From a phage, in sequence record NC_101837.1: a DNA stretch of 64,000 nt; one strand, written 5' to 3'. Both the position numbers and the translations under genes were made by a program. Position 1 is the first letter of the stretch, and each line of letters starts with the position of its first letter. This document shows positions 63,098-64,000 of the stretch, piece by piece. Below the pieces are notes generated by a model. The model made no database searches. It was not told where the DNA came from and worked only from the letters and a program-made list of their open reading frames with translations.

Positions 63098-63987
63098 TAC
63101 GCCTCCTCGTAAAGAATGTCGATAGTGTTACCGTCACGATCAACTACATATTCAATAGGGTCTCCATCTTTGCGTGCTTCCGGAGCTACCACAATCTCAT
63201 AGCGGCATGCACGGCACTTGGCGCTATTGTGTTGGTATGGCACACTAACCACATCTGCAGGGTCAACCATGACAGTCATTACAGTGCCGTAGCTCTTTGC
63301 ATACTCTTTGCTGGCGCAGTGTAAGCCATAGGAGCACGCAGCTTCCGGATCATCCTCTACAAAGTTACGAGGCATGGATACAAAAGCACCCTGGTATTGT
63401 GGAACTTTACCACTGTGCCAATCTACCCACTTGCTGCCGTTAAACTGAACCCCTTTGTAGCAAATGATTCGACCATCTTCTGCAATCTGGATATCGTTGG
63501 CCTGCATAAAATCGTAGAGCATGTTTACAGATTTTGCAGAAGGATTGCGTAGCAGGCGAACTAGGAATTTCACATAGCGGTCATCCAGTGTTCCGTCTGC
63601 ATAATCTTTCTCAATTTTCTTTGCAATGGTGGATCGCATCTCTACACCGTAGTAGTAGAGCTTACCATCCTTCATGATCAGGTTGTCTGCAAGTGTGGTG
63701 AACTCATTCTTGCGTTCCAACCAGACAAGGATTTCACCAATTGCCTCGTCATATTCCTGAACAGAGATATGGTCGAAGACTTTCTGGTAAACTTCCTCAC
63801 TTTCACTGCGGCGAATTTCAAAAATACCTTCGTTGCAGGTGATCTGGAGGAGTTCTCCACAAATAACTACTAAAGGCTCGATGCTTCGAGTCTGTTGCTG
63901 AGACACACTGCTCACCACCTCCAGCACCGGATCTTTGACTTCTACTAAAGGTTCTTCTGACTTGATTGCCACCCCAGTGAACCCCAC
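63097..63987 (-). CDS. hypothetical protein (start near window edge)
   Basis: 296 aa, coupled to helicase; no motif recognised. Confidence 0.45.
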   Translation of the reverse strand: MGFTGVAIKSEEPLVEVKDPVLEVVSSVSQQQTRSIEPLVVICGELLQITCNEGIFEIRRSESEEVYQKVFDHISVQEYDEAIGEILVWLERKNEFTTLADNLIMKDGKLYYYGVEMRSTIAKKIEKDYADGTLDDRYVKFLVRLLRNPSAKSVNMLYDFMQANDIQIAEDGRIICYKGVQFNGSKWVDWHSGKVPQYQGAFVSMPRNFVEDDPEAACSYGLHCASKEYAKSYGTVMTVMVDPADVVSVPYQHNSAKCRACRYEIVVAPEARKDGDPIEYVVDRDGNTIDILYEEA

Positions 63988-64000
63988 ACCGTGAACAACA

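Noticed and set aside
1-64000. Prophage, integrase or attachment site, or structural/lysis module
   Set aside because: No integrase, repressor, capsid, tail, terminase or holin/endolysin signatures recognised in this window; content is replication and early-gene biased.

Overview
The window reads as a ~64 kb segment of a large virulent dsDNA phage genome; no host or phage taxon can be assigned from sequence alone. Genes are arranged in two convergent blocks. Plus strand, 1-31.0 kb: a nucleotide-metabolism and DNA-processing module (truncated flap endonuclease, endonuclease VII-like, DEDDh exonuclease, two gamma-class N6-adenine MTases, dNMP kinase, HAD nucleotidase, ThyX, NrdA, NrdB, glutaredoxin, NrdD split by an apparent group I intron, a free-standing T5orf172/GIY-YIG-like endonuclease, NrdG, PhoH, a ClpP-like peptidase), followed by a long tandem array of small acidic paralogous proteins that includes a ribosome hibernation factor (HPF/RaiA) homolog. 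Minus strand, 33.5-64 kb: a replication module (T7-type family A DNA polymerase, TOPRIM primase-helicase, Dda-like SF1 helicase, a protein with an SSB-like C-terminal tip, two further MTases) plus about 45 small early-type genes with sigma70-like promoters and intrinsic terminators, including a TARG1/OARD1-like macrodomain protein. Two repeat-rich non-coding regions (31.0-33.3 kb and 43.5-44.5 kb) and a conserved ~45-nt hairpin repeated three times directly after stop codons are not explained by ordinary gene features. All calls rest on motif recognition by eye in the supplied ORF translations; no database search was run, and many start codons are approximate.
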